Shown one piece after another: positions 39,270 through 49,491 of a stretch of DNA of 61,429 nt. How positions within the stretch are numbered: the first letter of the stretch is position 1; each line of letters opens with the position of its first letter. This DNA comes from a virus (taxonomy: Duplodnaviria > Heunggongvirae > Uroviricota > Caudoviricetes): positions 1 through 61,429 of IMG/VR virus record IMGVR_UViG_3300029305_004950; one strand, written 5' to 3'. The translations under genes were made by a program, and so were the position numbers. The notes beneath the pieces were generated by a model that saw only the letters and a list, made by a program, of their open reading frames with translations, did not search any database and was not told the DNA's origin.

Positions 39270-40037
39270 TTAGTTTTCTTTATACTTTAGATCGAGTAAG
39301 TAGTTTAAGAAAATACTGTAATCTTTATCAACTACTTTGACATAGTTGTATTCTTTTTGTTTTTTCATGACATCGTCTTTTAACTTTTCTTTTACTTTAT
39401 CGACTTGTTGAATCTTGGGATGGTTGTTACTATTTTGACCACCATCCTTGATCTCAATTATCAGATTAAGACTAGCTATATAGAAGTCAGGTATATAGAA
39501 GTGATCTTTATTCTCATACTTGTAATAGAAGATTTGAGGAGCAGGGGAAAATACATCAGTAGGAGTCATATTCATAACTATGTCTAAGAATTCTAAGAAC
39601 TCTTTTTCATAACTACCAGTATACTTAGACTTAGATTTACCATCGCTCCAAGTATATTCACCAGAGATTTTACGATTAGCAAGCATTTTTTCTTGTTGAT
39701 TAGGATCGTCTAAGAGATGAGTTTTTCCATACTTCTTCATCATTCTTTCCTTAAACATTTCTCTATATGATTCTTTACATTTCTCAGAACAAAATCTTTC
39801 ATATCTCTCAGTAGCTTCATTCCATTTAGTCTCTTTATGACACATTACACAAGAGCCATGTGTTTTCTTATATCTAAAGTTGAAATAAGCCTGTGCTGGT
39901 GACATATCCTTTAGTTCATCCTTGTGAGTAGTTTCCATATGAGTATAAAGAGCTGATTTTGCTTTAGGTTGATCTTTTTTATCATTAGCTACATACTTGT
40001 TTTCGCAATAAGGACATTTGTAAATAGTTCTTGCCAT
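39270..40037 (-). CDS. zinc-finger plus PD-(D/E)XK nuclease (TnsA-N-like)
   Basis: CPYC...H...H, CVMC...CSEKC, GSYE, YIPDFY...IIEIKD. Confidence 0.65.
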   Translation of the reverse strand: MARTIYKCPYCENKYVANDKKDQPKAKSALYTHMETTHKDELKDMSPAQAYFNFRYKKTHGSCVMCHKETKWNEATERYERFCSEKCKESYREMFKERMMKKYGKTHLLDDPNQQEKMLANRKISGEYTWSDGKSKSKYTGSYEKEFLEFLDIVMNMTPTDVFSPAPQIFYYKYENKDHFYIPDFYIASLNLIIEIKDGGQNSNNHPKIQQVDKVKEKLKDDVMKKQKEYNYVKVVDKDYSIFLNYLLDLKYKEN

Positions 40038-40052
40038 AGCATTCTACCTCAT

Positions 40053-40634
40053 TTATTCTTTACTCTCAATTTCAATCCAAGCTTTTTTATGAGGATAATA
40101 ACACAAACGGAATATGAAATTACTATTAGACGCATCATAAATCTCATATTTTTCCATAGTTTTGTTATTGTATTGATGTAAAAGCTTGAAATTGCCAGCT
40201 AGAGACTTTATAATCTTTCTTCCATCAGCTAATACTTTTTCAAAGTTTAGTTGACTATACTGTTCGTATACACCATTTTTATAGTCAAATTCTGGATTTA
40301 TAAGAGTAAAAGTGAATTTTAATCTATCTGTATAGTTCATAGTATCTTTATATCTATCTACAAACCATCTCATCTGTCTTAACTTTTCCTCATGTAATTT
40401 AGATTCATTAGGTAAAGTTACTGAATAAAGATCTTTATAAAATGGTGAAACTTGCATCATTCTTTCAATTTTTTTGAAAGTAACAAATCTTAGATCATAG
40501 TTCATCTTATTCATTTCAGCAGCATTAAAGTTATTGATAAAGATGTTTTCAGGAATTTTAGGAAAAGCATCTTTTAAAAACATAGTATTAGCTTGTATTT
40601 TTAGTTGATTTTCATTCATCATAGAAATTATCAC
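40053..40634 (-). CDS. hypothetical protein (late)
   Basis: AACA-N6-TA at 40669-40680. Confidence 0.55.
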   Translation of the reverse strand: MIISMMNENQLKIQANTMFLKDAFPKIPENIFINNFNAAEMNKMNYDLRFVTFKKIERMMQVSPFYKDLYSVTLPNESKLHEEKLRQMRWFVDRYKDTMNYTDRLKFTFTLINPEFDYKNGVYEQYSQLNFEKVLADGRKIIKSLAGNFKLLHQYNNKTMEKYEIYDASNSNFIFRLCYYPHKKAWIEIESKE

Positions 40635-40739
40635 CTTACTTTACTATAAAATTTCTATATCGTTTTATTAATAGGTTGTTAAGAACAAGCTTTATTAAAG
40701 AAAAAAGGGAATTATCATATATGATAATTCCCTTTTTAA

Positions 40740-41435
40740 TTACTTTTTAGTAGCTAACTTTTCTAGTAAAGCTTCTGCATATTTATAAGAAGATAGATAA
40801 TTCATAGTGTTATTATCAAATCCAAAACGTTTTTGTACTTGATCGTGGTAAGATGGTTTATCATCTTCTTTTACTTTACCATTATAGCTAATATCTAGAT
40901 AATCTAGAATACCTTTTGCATATGCTACACCTAGTTTTTGCTGTTCTTTAATAGTGTCAAAATCAGCAACATCTTTAGCATTATCAACAAAAAATCCTTC
41001 TAGTATAACTGAAGGACAATAGACTGAACGTAAAAATCCAAAATAGTCAGTGCCATAACCATTTAATCTAGTCTTCATACCTCTACTATTTTGACCAATA
41101 GCAAGTACTTGCTTTTCTACACATTGACCTAGCTTCTTAGATTTTGATGCATAGGAATTAGTTTGAATTAAAGCTTCAAAACCATCACCACCACCAGCAT
41201 TATTATGAATGTCTAATGCAATATCAGGTTTAAAAGCATTTGCTTCTCTAATTTCTTCACTAATGTCATCATTCTCTTCTCTAATTCTAGAAATACCTAC
41301 GATAACACCATGTCGTTCTAACTCTTCTTTTACTTTAAGAGCAATTACTAGGTTTGCTTCAGATTCTTTAACATATTTTACAGCACCAGGATCACTACCA
41401 CCGTGACCTACACCAAGGAAAACTTTTTTAGCCAT
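40740..41435 (-). CDS. N-acetylmuramoyl-L-alanine amidase (Amidase_3), probable endolysin
   Basis: GHGGSDPGA, E, IHNNAGGGDGFE, VILEGFFVDN; late promoter at 41478-41489. Confidence 0.9.
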   Translation of the reverse strand: MAKKVFLGVGHGGSDPGAVKYVKESEANLVIALKVKEELERHGVIVGISRIREENDDISEEIREANAFKPDIALDIHNNAGGGDGFEALIQTNSYASKSKKLGQCVEKQVLAIGQNSRGMKTRLNGYGTDYFGFLRSVYCPSVILEGFFVDNAKDVADFDTIKEQQKLGVAYAKGILDYLDISYNGKVKEDDKPSYHDQVQKRFGFDNNTMNYLSSYKYAEALLEKLATKK

Positions 41436-41488
41436 TATAATGTCTCCTTTCTATAGAAATACAGTTTTTTAGTTACATACTTAATTGT

Positions 41489-42322
41489 TTAATAGGTTAT
41501 TTTTACATTAGATTTACTTAGTAACCAGAAACTATAACTACCATTTCTATTAGGAAATCTTGATAATGTTATATGAGTATCTTTTAAAATAGTTTCTTCT
41601 AAACTATAAGCCAGATTCATAGTAACAGACCAAGAAGAAAGTTTTGGAGTAATATGACTGAAATCCTTTTCTATAAATCCGTTATTCTCACTCTGTAAAC
41701 AATAGCAAATACCACTACCTGAAGCAGCTTGATATCTGAAAATTTCAGACTGATAGGACTTATCAAACTTTAAGGATTTACTTAAATGGTTTTTCTTAAT
41801 GTTAACAATGATATCGTCTTTCTTATCCTTGAATTCCTTTACCATATCAACAGCAGGTAAACTCATCTTAGGTTGTTTTTCACTAAGAATATTCTTTAAA
41901 CATTTTTTAAAATCCATATAGATAAAGAATCTATATGTGTCATTACCTTCATTGGTTCTTAAGAAAGTGATAGAAAAATCCTTATAAGCGTAGTTGAGTT
42001 CATCAAAAATAGCATTTAATTCATTAATGACTATGTTTTCAGTTAATCCAGATTCTCTAGCTAATTCAAAAATAGAAAAAGTTTCAGTTGCATACTGTTG
42101 CATAGTAGATCTGAAATCTTTTTTTGAAATTGCATAAATGTTAGGAAAAATAGTTTTTTCATCATAAGTTTTTATAGAATTACAAGCAGTAGTTTTCTTA
42201 ATAGCCTCTTTTAATTGCTTATACATTTTTCTAAACTGTTCTAAAGCATCTGTATAAGAAATTTCCTGTAAAGAACTTCCAAATAGTCCTTCATTAAGTA
42301 CTTTTTCATTTAAAAATTCCAT
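41489..42322 (-). CDS. probable virion protein
   Basis: FLNE/VLNE N-terminus; late promoter at 42366-42377. Confidence 0.45.
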   Translation of the reverse strand: MEFLNEKVLNEGLFGSSLQEISYTDALEQFRKMYKQLKEAIKKTTACNSIKTYDEKTIFPNIYAISKKDFRSTMQQYATETFSIFELARESGLTENIVINELNAIFDELNYAYKDFSITFLRTNEGNDTYRFFIYMDFKKCLKNILSEKQPKMSLPAVDMVKEFKDKKDDIIVNIKKNHLSKSLKFDKSYQSEIFRYQAASGSGICYCLQSENNGFIEKDFSHITPKLSSWSVTMNLAYSLEETILKDTHITLSRFPNRNGSYSFWLLSKSNVKITY

Positions 42323-42426
42323 AGAATTGTAACACCTACTTTCATAAAAATACTTTTTTTCTAATTATGTATTTGTTTAACAAGTAATTACAAACAAACC
42401 TTTTTAAAAAGGAGGATTTTATAAAG

Positions 42427-42864
42427 ATGCCTACAAATGAATTTGAAGAATGTTTAAAAAAAGAATGTTTTTTATCTATAGATGATTTTGGAAAAGTTTC
42501 TACATATGGAGATTTGCCAGCATTAGCAAGATTAGTACAGCGTCTTATAATAATGCAACCTATGAGTTATCCTGATGATCCTGATATGGGTGTAGGAATA
42601 GAAAATTATGAATTTGAATTTATGGATAGAGAAACTTTATCTGATTTAAATAGTAGAATAAATAATCAAATTAATAGATATATTCCTTCAATAAATATAG
42701 CAAATATTTTAGTAGATATAATAAATAATGATATGGATAGACATAAAAATAAAATTGGTGTACTTATTAATTTTGCAAAGACTAAAGAAGGACGAGAAAA
42801 TATGGTACTTACTTTTGAAAAAGTTGGTAAGACTGGTAAAATTGAAAGTAAGATTTATATCTAA
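42427..42864 (+). CDS. baseplate wedge protein, T4 gp25-like
   Basis: SYPDDPDMGVGIENYEFE motif; size; late promoter at 42379-42390. Confidence 0.65.
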   Translation: MPTNEFEECLKKECFLSIDDFGKVSTYGDLPALARLVQRLIIMQPMSYPDDPDMGVGIENYEFEFMDRETLSDLNSRINNQINRYIPSINIANILVDIINNDMDRHKNKIGVLINFAKTKEGRENMVLTFEKVGKTGKIESKIYI

Positions 42865-42937
42865 TTTTTTATAATAAAAAGTATTTTATAACACTAAAAT
42901 AATTCTCATTATTTTAGATAAGGAGGTCAAAAGAATA

Positions 42938-44443
42938 ATGGAAAACATTCCAGTTGAAATTAATGAAGTAATTGATTCTATTGAGGTTACAACTAATAAA
43001 GTAAATAATACATCTGATCTAGATGATTTATTAAAGAATAGTTCTAAAGAAGAAATTTTAGCTAAGTTTGCAAAAATACATGATGAAGAAAATTCAGATA
43101 AAGAAACTGTAGAAGTAGTTACAACTATTGATGGTGGCAATACTGATCACGCAGATGGAAAGATTGTAGCACATGTTTCTGGTGTCAATCTTGATATTTC
43201 TGATATCCCTATTGATGAAGACTCTGCATATGTTAGTTCTGTTTTAGGCAATCTAGATGATGAACCCGAACAAGCAGTAGAATCTGAAACTATGATTGAT
43301 GAAGTAAACTTTGGAATCGATTTTAATGATAGTGAAAATATCGATTTTACTAAGGAAGCTGACGGAGTAGATCAGTCTGTTGAAGGTGCATTAAAGGATG
43401 ATGTAGTTACTAATTTCCGAAATGAAGAAAAGTATGTCTATCATTCTTATGCTGATAATAAAGTGTCTACTAGAGGTAATAATCCCAAGTTAGCATTTAT
43501 GGATAAGATCAATGTTGACTTAAACAACATTACCATCACTAATAAGTCTCCTATTCAACAGGCAGAAGATATCAATCTAGTTTTCAATAGCAATGTAGCT
43601 ACATTTACTGTAACTTGCTGTCAGTCTGGTTATACTGCGGATATGTCTGGTTTAACTCTATCTGAAAAGAATGCTATCAATAATTCTGATGGTGGTGATT
43701 TATTCCAGTTCCGTCAGAGACTATATAAGACTGTCTATAATAAGATTCAGTCTATGTCTATTAAGAAGCCTGACTTTAATACTTGGTTAAAGATTACTTC
43801 TTTCAATGATCTATCCACTTTACTATTTGGTATCTATTGTCAGACTTTTATTGATAACAATGACTTTGATATTACTTGTGGTAAGTGTGGTAAGTCTACT
43901 TCTGTTACTGTTAACAATCAGTCTTTAATTGAAGTTAGAGATAGAAATGCTTTTAAGAAGTTAGATGAGATTCTAAACTCTACTAAGTCTGGAGAGGAAC
44001 TAATTGCTACTTCTGTCATTCATAAGGATGAAAGAATTATGCTCAATGATAGTAAGATTGTTGTAGATGTTGCTACTCCTTCTCTATATGATCATATGGT
44101 AATGCTTAAGATCTCTAAGCAAGAAACTCTACAAGAATATGCTGATGCATTTAGTGCTATGCTATTCATTTCTCATCTATATATGTTAGATGTTAAGGAA
44201 ACTTATAGTACTGGTCATGCTGTTTATTATGAAGTAACTGATAAGCCTAGACTACTTAACATTCTACTTAAGCTATCTAGTAGAGACGGTGAACAGCTAG
44301 AAAATGCTATTGAAGAGAAGTTAGGACAGTATAAGATTGACTACCAAATCCATAACGTAACCTGTTCTCATTGTAAAACTAAGCTTCCTGGAATTCCTGT
44401 AGATATTGAGACTATCCTTTTTACACGGATAAACAGGACGTAA
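42938..44443 (+). CDS. baseplate hub / tail assembly protein with Zn-binding motifs
   Basis: Follows the gp25-like gene; CGKC and CSHC pairs in a T4 gp26/gp51-like arrangement (inference). Confidence 0.5.
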   Translation: MENIPVEINEVIDSIEVTTNKVNNTSDLDDLLKNSSKEEILAKFAKIHDEENSDKETVEVVTTIDGGNTDHADGKIVAHVSGVNLDISDIPIDEDSAYVSSVLGNLDDEPEQAVESETMIDEVNFGIDFNDSENIDFTKEADGVDQSVEGALKDDVVTNFRNEEKYVYHSYADNKVSTRGNNPKLAFMDKINVDLNNITITNKSPIQQAEDINLVFNSNVATFTVTCCQSGYTADMSGLTLSEKNAINNSDGGDLFQFRQRLYKTVYNKIQSMSIKKPDFNTWLKITSFNDLSTLLFGIYCQTFIDNNDFDITCGKCGKSTSVTVNNQSLIEVRDRNAFKKLDEILNSTKSGEELIATSVIHKDERIMLNDSKIVVDVATPSLYDHMVMLKISKQETLQEYADAFSAMLFISHLYMLDVKETYSTGHAVYYEVTDKPRLLNILLKLSSRDGEQLENAIEEKLGQYKIDYQIHNVTCSHCKTKLPGIPVDIETILFTRINRT

Positions 44444-44691
44444 ATGGTAACGTAAGTTATAAAGTTTCAAGAGCAGCTGATAGTGATTTTATAGTCTCAG
44501 TTTTAGACCTGTTTGCAGGACAAATTTCACTTTCAGAAGTATTAAACTCTGAAATAGCTGTCTTAAAGGAACTATGTGAAGCAAGAAGTAAGCTATTAGA
44601 AGAAAAAGAAAAAGCCAAAGCTCAGGCAATGGCAAAAATCGAAAATGATAGAGCTTACGGTGATATCAATAAAATCTATAATCAACGTTAA
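44422..44691 (+). CDS. start-less -1 frame extension (89 codons) of the upstream gene, probable programmed frameshift product
   Basis: Open -1 frame overlapping the end of 42938-44443 at C CTT TTT A; no usable start codon or Shine-Dalgarno. Confidence 0.55.
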   Translation, partial: YTDKQDVNGNVSYKVSRAADSDFIVSVLDLFAGQISLSEVLNSEIAVLKELCEARSKLLEEKEKAKAQAMAKIENDRAYGDINKIYNQR

Positions 44692-44768
44692 AAATTTTCA
44701 TTATACTTTTCTGTAATTAAAAACTTATTGATGATTGATTTATTAATTACAGAAAGTGTGGTGATTCT

Positions 44769-45110
44769 ATGAATCCACGTTTAAAAAAGTTCAAGGATTT
44801 GACTACTTGGGTTGAATCTAATAGAGTTGAAAACCTATTAGAAGGAACTTTGTTTTTAAACAATGCTTTTAAATTCATTGATTTACTGGTATTTTTAGAT
44901 GAAAATTCTTTTGTATATACAGTAATAGAAGGATTTAAAGGAAAAACAGCTTTTGGAGAAAAGGAAAATCACTTTAAAGATGTCGTTTTACAAGTATCTA
45001 ATGAACGAATAGAAAATGTAGTTGAATTTTTTAATAAATCTGCAAAATGTAATGAAGATTTTAAAGTACAAGTTATAGATAATGATTTGATAAAAATTGA
45101 AATAAGATAA
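44769..45110 (+). CDS. hypothetical protein
   Basis: 113-aa ORF with Shine-Dalgarno. Confidence 0.6.
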   Translation: MNPRLKKFKDLTTWVESNRVENLLEGTLFLNNAFKFIDLLVFLDENSFVYTVIEGFKGKTAFGEKENHFKDVVLQVSNERIENVVEFFNKSAKCNEDFKVQVIDNDLIKIEIR

Positions 45111-45198
45111 AAACATAAAATAAGGAATCTTTTAAGTAAAAGATTCCTTATTCTTTTATAAAATCTAGATTAAGAAAAAAGAAAGGAGTCTTTATTAA

Positions 45199-46938
45199 AT
45201 GGCTCAAGCAACAATTGACAATTTGTTTCTTAATTCTAACATTATAGATGAGGCTGAAGCTAAAGAAAAGATACGTTCTACTCTAAGTAAGATAGCACAA
45301 GAAGTTAGTAGATCTTTAGGCCCTTATGGTAGTACTACTATTATTGAAGATAGACTTGGTGATCATTATATGACTAAGGATGGTTATACTATTCTTAAGG
45401 CTATGAACTATAACTATGATATTTCTCGTACTGTATTAGATATAGTTAAAAAGATTTCTAAGTCTCTAGTTAGAACTGTTGGTGATGGTTCTACTTCATC
45501 TGTTATTATAGCTAATGAACTATTTGGTTCTATCAATACTATTTCAGAAAAGCTAGAATTAGCACCTCAAGATATCTTAGAGATCTTTAATGTACTAGCT
45601 GAGAAATTTGAAGAGCTAATTCTGGAACATGCAACTCAGATTACAGATGAGAATTTTGATGAAACCATTACTAAGATAGCTACTATTTCTTGTAACAACA
45701 ATCAAGAAAGTGGCAAACTATTCTGTGATATTTTCAAGGCTATTGGTAGATACGGTTTTATCAATCTAGAAAATGGTAAATCTAGTAAGGACTATTTTGA
45801 AAAGGTACAAGGTATTGAAGTTCCTAGAGGTTGGATTAATGCGAGAATGGCCAACCAAAGTGATAGAATTTCAACTGAGTATGAAAATGCTTTAGTATTC
45901 ATGATGAATGACATGATGTCAGATGACGAAATAGATGTTATTGCTGGAATGATGGATACTATATGTATTAAACAGAATGTACCTCTAATTCTAATTGCTA
46001 CTAACTATACATCATCTGTTAAATCTTTCTTTGATGCAAATTTGCAGAAGAATAAGCATCTACCTGTAGTTGCTATAGATATCGACGCATCTACTAAGAG
46101 AGGTAGAGAAAGATTTGAAGATTTAGCATTAGCTCTTGGATGTCATTACTATGATAAGTTCAATGGAATGGAAAAGATTAAAGATTTCTCCATTAAAGAC
46201 TTAGGTAAATGTAAGCGTTTCAAAGGTGATGACCTAAAGTCTATCTTTATTGATGGCGATGGTTATACTTCTAATGCTGAAAAGCTACAAGAACACATAA
46301 AAAATCTAGAAGACGAATACCAGAGATTACAACATATGGATGAAATCCATGATAATCGTGAAACTGATCTGTTTCAGATTAAGAAGCGTATTGCTACTTT
46401 AACATCTAGTATGGCAACTCTTTATGTTGGTGGTAATTCTGAAATGGAAAGAACTACTAGAAAGTTCTTAATGGAAGATGCTGTCTACGCTTGCAGATCT
46501 TCAATAGAACATGGTTATGTTGTAGGTGGTAACTTAATCCTTCCTAAACTAATTGATAAGTATGAAACTGACATAATCACAAAAACTATCTCTGATAAAC
46601 GTCTAGAGTATCTATTCAATATCTATGAAACAGTATTATCATTTTCTAATGCAATAAAGTTTATACTAGATACTGTATTTTCAGCATTTAAGAAATCTTT
46701 CTTAACTGTGTTAGAAAATGCACACATCAATAAAGAGAAAGCAGAAGAAATCATAGATACATGTTTAATGGAAGATAAGATCTATAATGTAAAACTACGT
46801 AGATATGAGAATGATAATGAAACTAATGTAATCAATTCAGCTCAGACTGATATTGAGATTATTAAAGCTAGTTTCTCTATCATTGGTCTATTAGCTACTA
46901 GTAATCAGTTTATTACTACGAATCCTATGAATAGATAA
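45199..46938 (+). CDS. groEL: phage GroEL-like chaperonin
   Basis: SLGPYG, TKDGYTI, VGDGSTS, LYVGG, EDA, GYVVGG; no groES adjacent. Confidence 0.9.
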   Translation: MAQATIDNLFLNSNIIDEAEAKEKIRSTLSKIAQEVSRSLGPYGSTTIIEDRLGDHYMTKDGYTILKAMNYNYDISRTVLDIVKKISKSLVRTVGDGSTSSVIIANELFGSINTISEKLELAPQDILEIFNVLAEKFEELILEHATQITDENFDETITKIATISCNNNQESGKLFCDIFKAIGRYGFINLENGKSSKDYFEKVQGIEVPRGWINARMANQSDRISTEYENALVFMMNDMMSDDEIDVIAGMMDTICIKQNVPLILIATNYTSSVKSFFDANLQKNKHLPVVAIDIDASTKRGRERFEDLALALGCHYYDKFNGMEKIKDFSIKDLGKCKRFKGDDLKSIFIDGDGYTSNAEKLQEHIKNLEDEYQRLQHMDEIHDNRETDLFQIKKRIATLTSSMATLYVGGNSEMERTTRKFLMEDAVYACRSSIEHGYVVGGNLILPKLIDKYETDIITKTISDKRLEYLFNIYETVLSFSNAIKFILDTVFSAFKKSFLTVLENAHINKEKAEEIIDTCLMEDKIYNVKLRRYENDNETNVINSAQTDIEIIKASFSIIGLLATSNQFITTNPMNR

Positions 46939-47007
46939 AAGAAATTTTAGAGTATAATCCTTGTATTGGATTATACTCTAAAAATTTGTAATAAATCCAT
47001 TTTTATC

Positions 47008-47018
47008 TATATATTCTA
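47008..47018 (+). promoter_or_regulatory. early-type promoter motif TATATATTCTA (representative of about 14 copies)
   Basis: Recurs a short distance upstream of non-structural operons; copies listed in findings. Confidence 0.6.
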
Positions 47019-47067
47019 ACCTTAGTAAATACTTATAACATATTATACTAACTTTGGAGGACTAATT

Positions 47068-47790
47068 ATGTACAATGACAAAATTACAGATCTGGAATAT
47101 GATGTTCATAATAATTCAGATAATGATGAAGAAGAAGTAAAAGTATTTATTAAAGAAATTGAAAGAATTCCAAAACTTTCCTTTGAAGAAGAAACGCAAT
47201 TAATTCATAGATATATGAATGGAGATGAAACTGCTAAACAACGTCTTATTGAGGGAAATATTTATAGAGTAGTTAAAATCGCTAGAAACTATATTGGAAA
47301 CGGTATTCCTTTATCAGAACTTATTAGTGAAGGCAATATTGTTCTTATAAACTCCATTGATGGATATGATCCAACAAAAGGAATGACATTTAAGACTTAC
47401 ACAGGTGGTCGTATACATAGTTATTATATGTATATAACTGATAAGTATAAAAAACGAATTAATAAAAATAGATATATTTTACAATCAAGTTACACTATAG
47501 ATGATATTATTGATACAGATTTTGATATATCAGATGAAGATATTTTTGAAAACGTTAGTAATATGTTTCTTAAAGAAGATTTACTTAGTTTAATGAAAAC
47601 TATTACTAGTAGAGAAGAAGATATCTTATTACGTTATTATGGTTTAATTGATTCAGAAGAAACCTTTAAAGAAATTGCAAAGTCATATAATTTACATATG
47701 AATCGTATTAGTCAAATTCATAACAAAGCAATTAGAAAAATGCAACATCATTCTCGTTCTAGAAAAATTAGAGATTACTATTATTATTAA
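47068..47790 (+). CDS. sigma-70 family sigma factor (RpoD-like regions 1.2, 2 and 4)
   Basis: IKEIERIPKLSFEEE, LIEGNIYRVVKIARNY, ELISEGN, YDPTKG-x-x-F-x-TY, region 4 ending HSRSRKIRDY. Confidence 0.85.
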   Translation: MYNDKITDLEYDVHNNSDNDEEEVKVFIKEIERIPKLSFEEETQLIHRYMNGDETAKQRLIEGNIYRVVKIARNYIGNGIPLSELISEGNIVLINSIDGYDPTKGMTFKTYTGGRIHSYYMYITDKYKKRINKNRYILQSSYTIDDIIDTDFDISDEDIFENVSNMFLKEDLLSLMKTITSREEDILLRYYGLIDSEETFKEIAKSYNLHMNRISQIHNKAIRKMQHHSRSRKIRDYYYY

Positions 47791-47828
47791 AACTTATAAG
47801 ACACAATTGAAAGGAGTATTAAAAAATT

Positions 47829-48476
47829 ATGGGTTGGTGGGGTTCTCATCCTTTAGAGGGAGACGATGGTCTTGATGTTACAGGTAGTCTTGAATACTGT
47901 ATGATTGAAAATCTAATAGAACGTGTTAAGAATCCTATTGTTAAGCTCTTTGTAAATAAAGAGTTAGTAGATCTAGTAGTTAGAAACTATTTTGATAGAG
48001 AAGGTATTTGGGAGGAATGTCTTTGTAAATTTGAATTAAGACATAAACTCTATGACTATTACAAATACAAAATCCTAAGAGAAGAATTTGATCTAGATGT
48101 AAGATATGAGTATCTTTATGAACAATATGTAAGATGGTCTGTACTTATTCCATTTATTTTCATTAATGAAAACATCAGGGTAAAACATAAATATGTTGAG
48201 CAAATAACAAGTCATGTCAGAAACTTTATTGAGGATTATGAAGATGCTGCAATGATTACTTTTACTAATCCTGAAGGATATAAAACTGATAAAGAATGCC
48301 TTGAGTATTACCTTTACATAGCAGATAAGTATAAGTATCAGTTGTTTGATGAAGATAATAAAGAACTTACTAAGGAATTTGTAAAACAACATCCAGAAAT
48401 TGTAGATGTACATGGTCAAGGATTATTTGAAAAACATTTAGATAAAGTAGAAAACTGTATTGTTACAGTAGACTAA
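47829..48476 (+). CDS. hypothetical protein
   Basis: MGWWG...GDDGLD N-terminus; Shine-Dalgarno; terminator at 48481-48518. Confidence 0.6.
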   Translation: MGWWGSHPLEGDDGLDVTGSLEYCMIENLIERVKNPIVKLFVNKELVDLVVRNYFDREGIWEECLCKFELRHKLYDYYKYKILREEFDLDVRYEYLYEQYVRWSVLIPFIFINENIRVKHKYVEQITSHVRNFIEDYEDAAMITFTNPEGYKTDKECLEYYLYIADKYKYQLFDEDNKELTKEFVKQHPEIVDVHGQGLFEKHLDKVENCIVTVD

Positions 48477-48574
48477 AGACAAAAAGATTACCTATTCATT
48501 TAGGTAATCTTTTTTTTTCATTTCTTAATTACTCTTTAAACACTTCATTATAAAAGAAAGTAGGTGATTATATA

Positions 48575-49393
48575 ATGCCACTAAATTTTCCTATTTTTAA
48601 TGGACGTACTATTATAACATTAGATCAATTCCTTACCAATCCAACAGGCAAAGGCAGTAGTTTTATGTCAAAACGTCTTGAAGTCAAGAAAAATCTTGAT
48701 ATGAGATATTACAAACTACTTAAAGAATCTACTAAAAATGGAAATTTCACTTATAAGGTTTATATAGATAAAGATGTATATTTCTTTTGGTTTAAGATAC
48801 CTTCAGAAACTTATAAGGAAATCTACTATGATGTAGTATTAGAATTTGTACCAACTGAAAAGAAAATGGAAAAGTTTTCTACTATAAATGACTATTCTAT
48901 AAACTTCTTTAGTAACTCTCCTCATATGATGTTTACCTATACCTATGTGCTTAATCAAGAACGTCTATTAGTAGATATGTTAAAGTCAACTAAATACTCT
49001 AAACAAGCTTTAAAAGATAGACCTAAAGTAACTAATCCAGTAGAGATCTTTGGTTTTGAAAAATCATGCTACTATGCATGTAAATACATCAATGAAAAGA
49101 AACTATACACTAAAGCTGAAATAGAAAGAAATGCAACTCAAATTACTAAAACTACTAGAGTTGAGTTACTTAATTCTATAATGTCACAAGAATCTAAGTA
49201 TTTACAATATGAAGCTGTAAAAAAGAAATATGCTGATGAAAAACGAAAAGAAAGAGAAGCTAAAGCTAGAAAAGCTAATTCTCAATACAATCAAGCTGTA
49301 AAAGCAGCAACAGCTAAGAAACCTAGTACTAGTAAAACTGTTAATAGAAAGAAAGCAACTGGATTTAAATCTGTTTTTAGTAAAAGAAAGTAA
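48575..49393 (+). CDS. hypothetical protein (late) with basic tail
   Basis: AACA-N6-TA at 48539-48550; KIPSE...YDVVLEF...FSNSP. Confidence 0.6.
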   Translation: MPLNFPIFNGRTIITLDQFLTNPTGKGSSFMSKRLEVKKNLDMRYYKLLKESTKNGNFTYKVYIDKDVYFFWFKIPSETYKEIYYDVVLEFVPTEKKMEKFSTINDYSINFFSNSPHMMFTYTYVLNQERLLVDMLKSTKYSKQALKDRPKVTNPVEIFGFEKSCYYACKYINEKKLYTKAEIERNATQITKTTRVELLNSIMSQESKYLQYEAVKKKYADEKRKEREAKARKANSQYNQAVKAATAKKPSTSKTVNRKKATGFKSVFSKRK

Positions 49394-49491
49394 GTATGGA
49401 CTTAAATGTCCATACTTACTTTTAACTTTAAAAGTAGTTTTATCTATATATAATGAATTTGCTATCTTAATTAAAGGAGGTTAAATCATAG

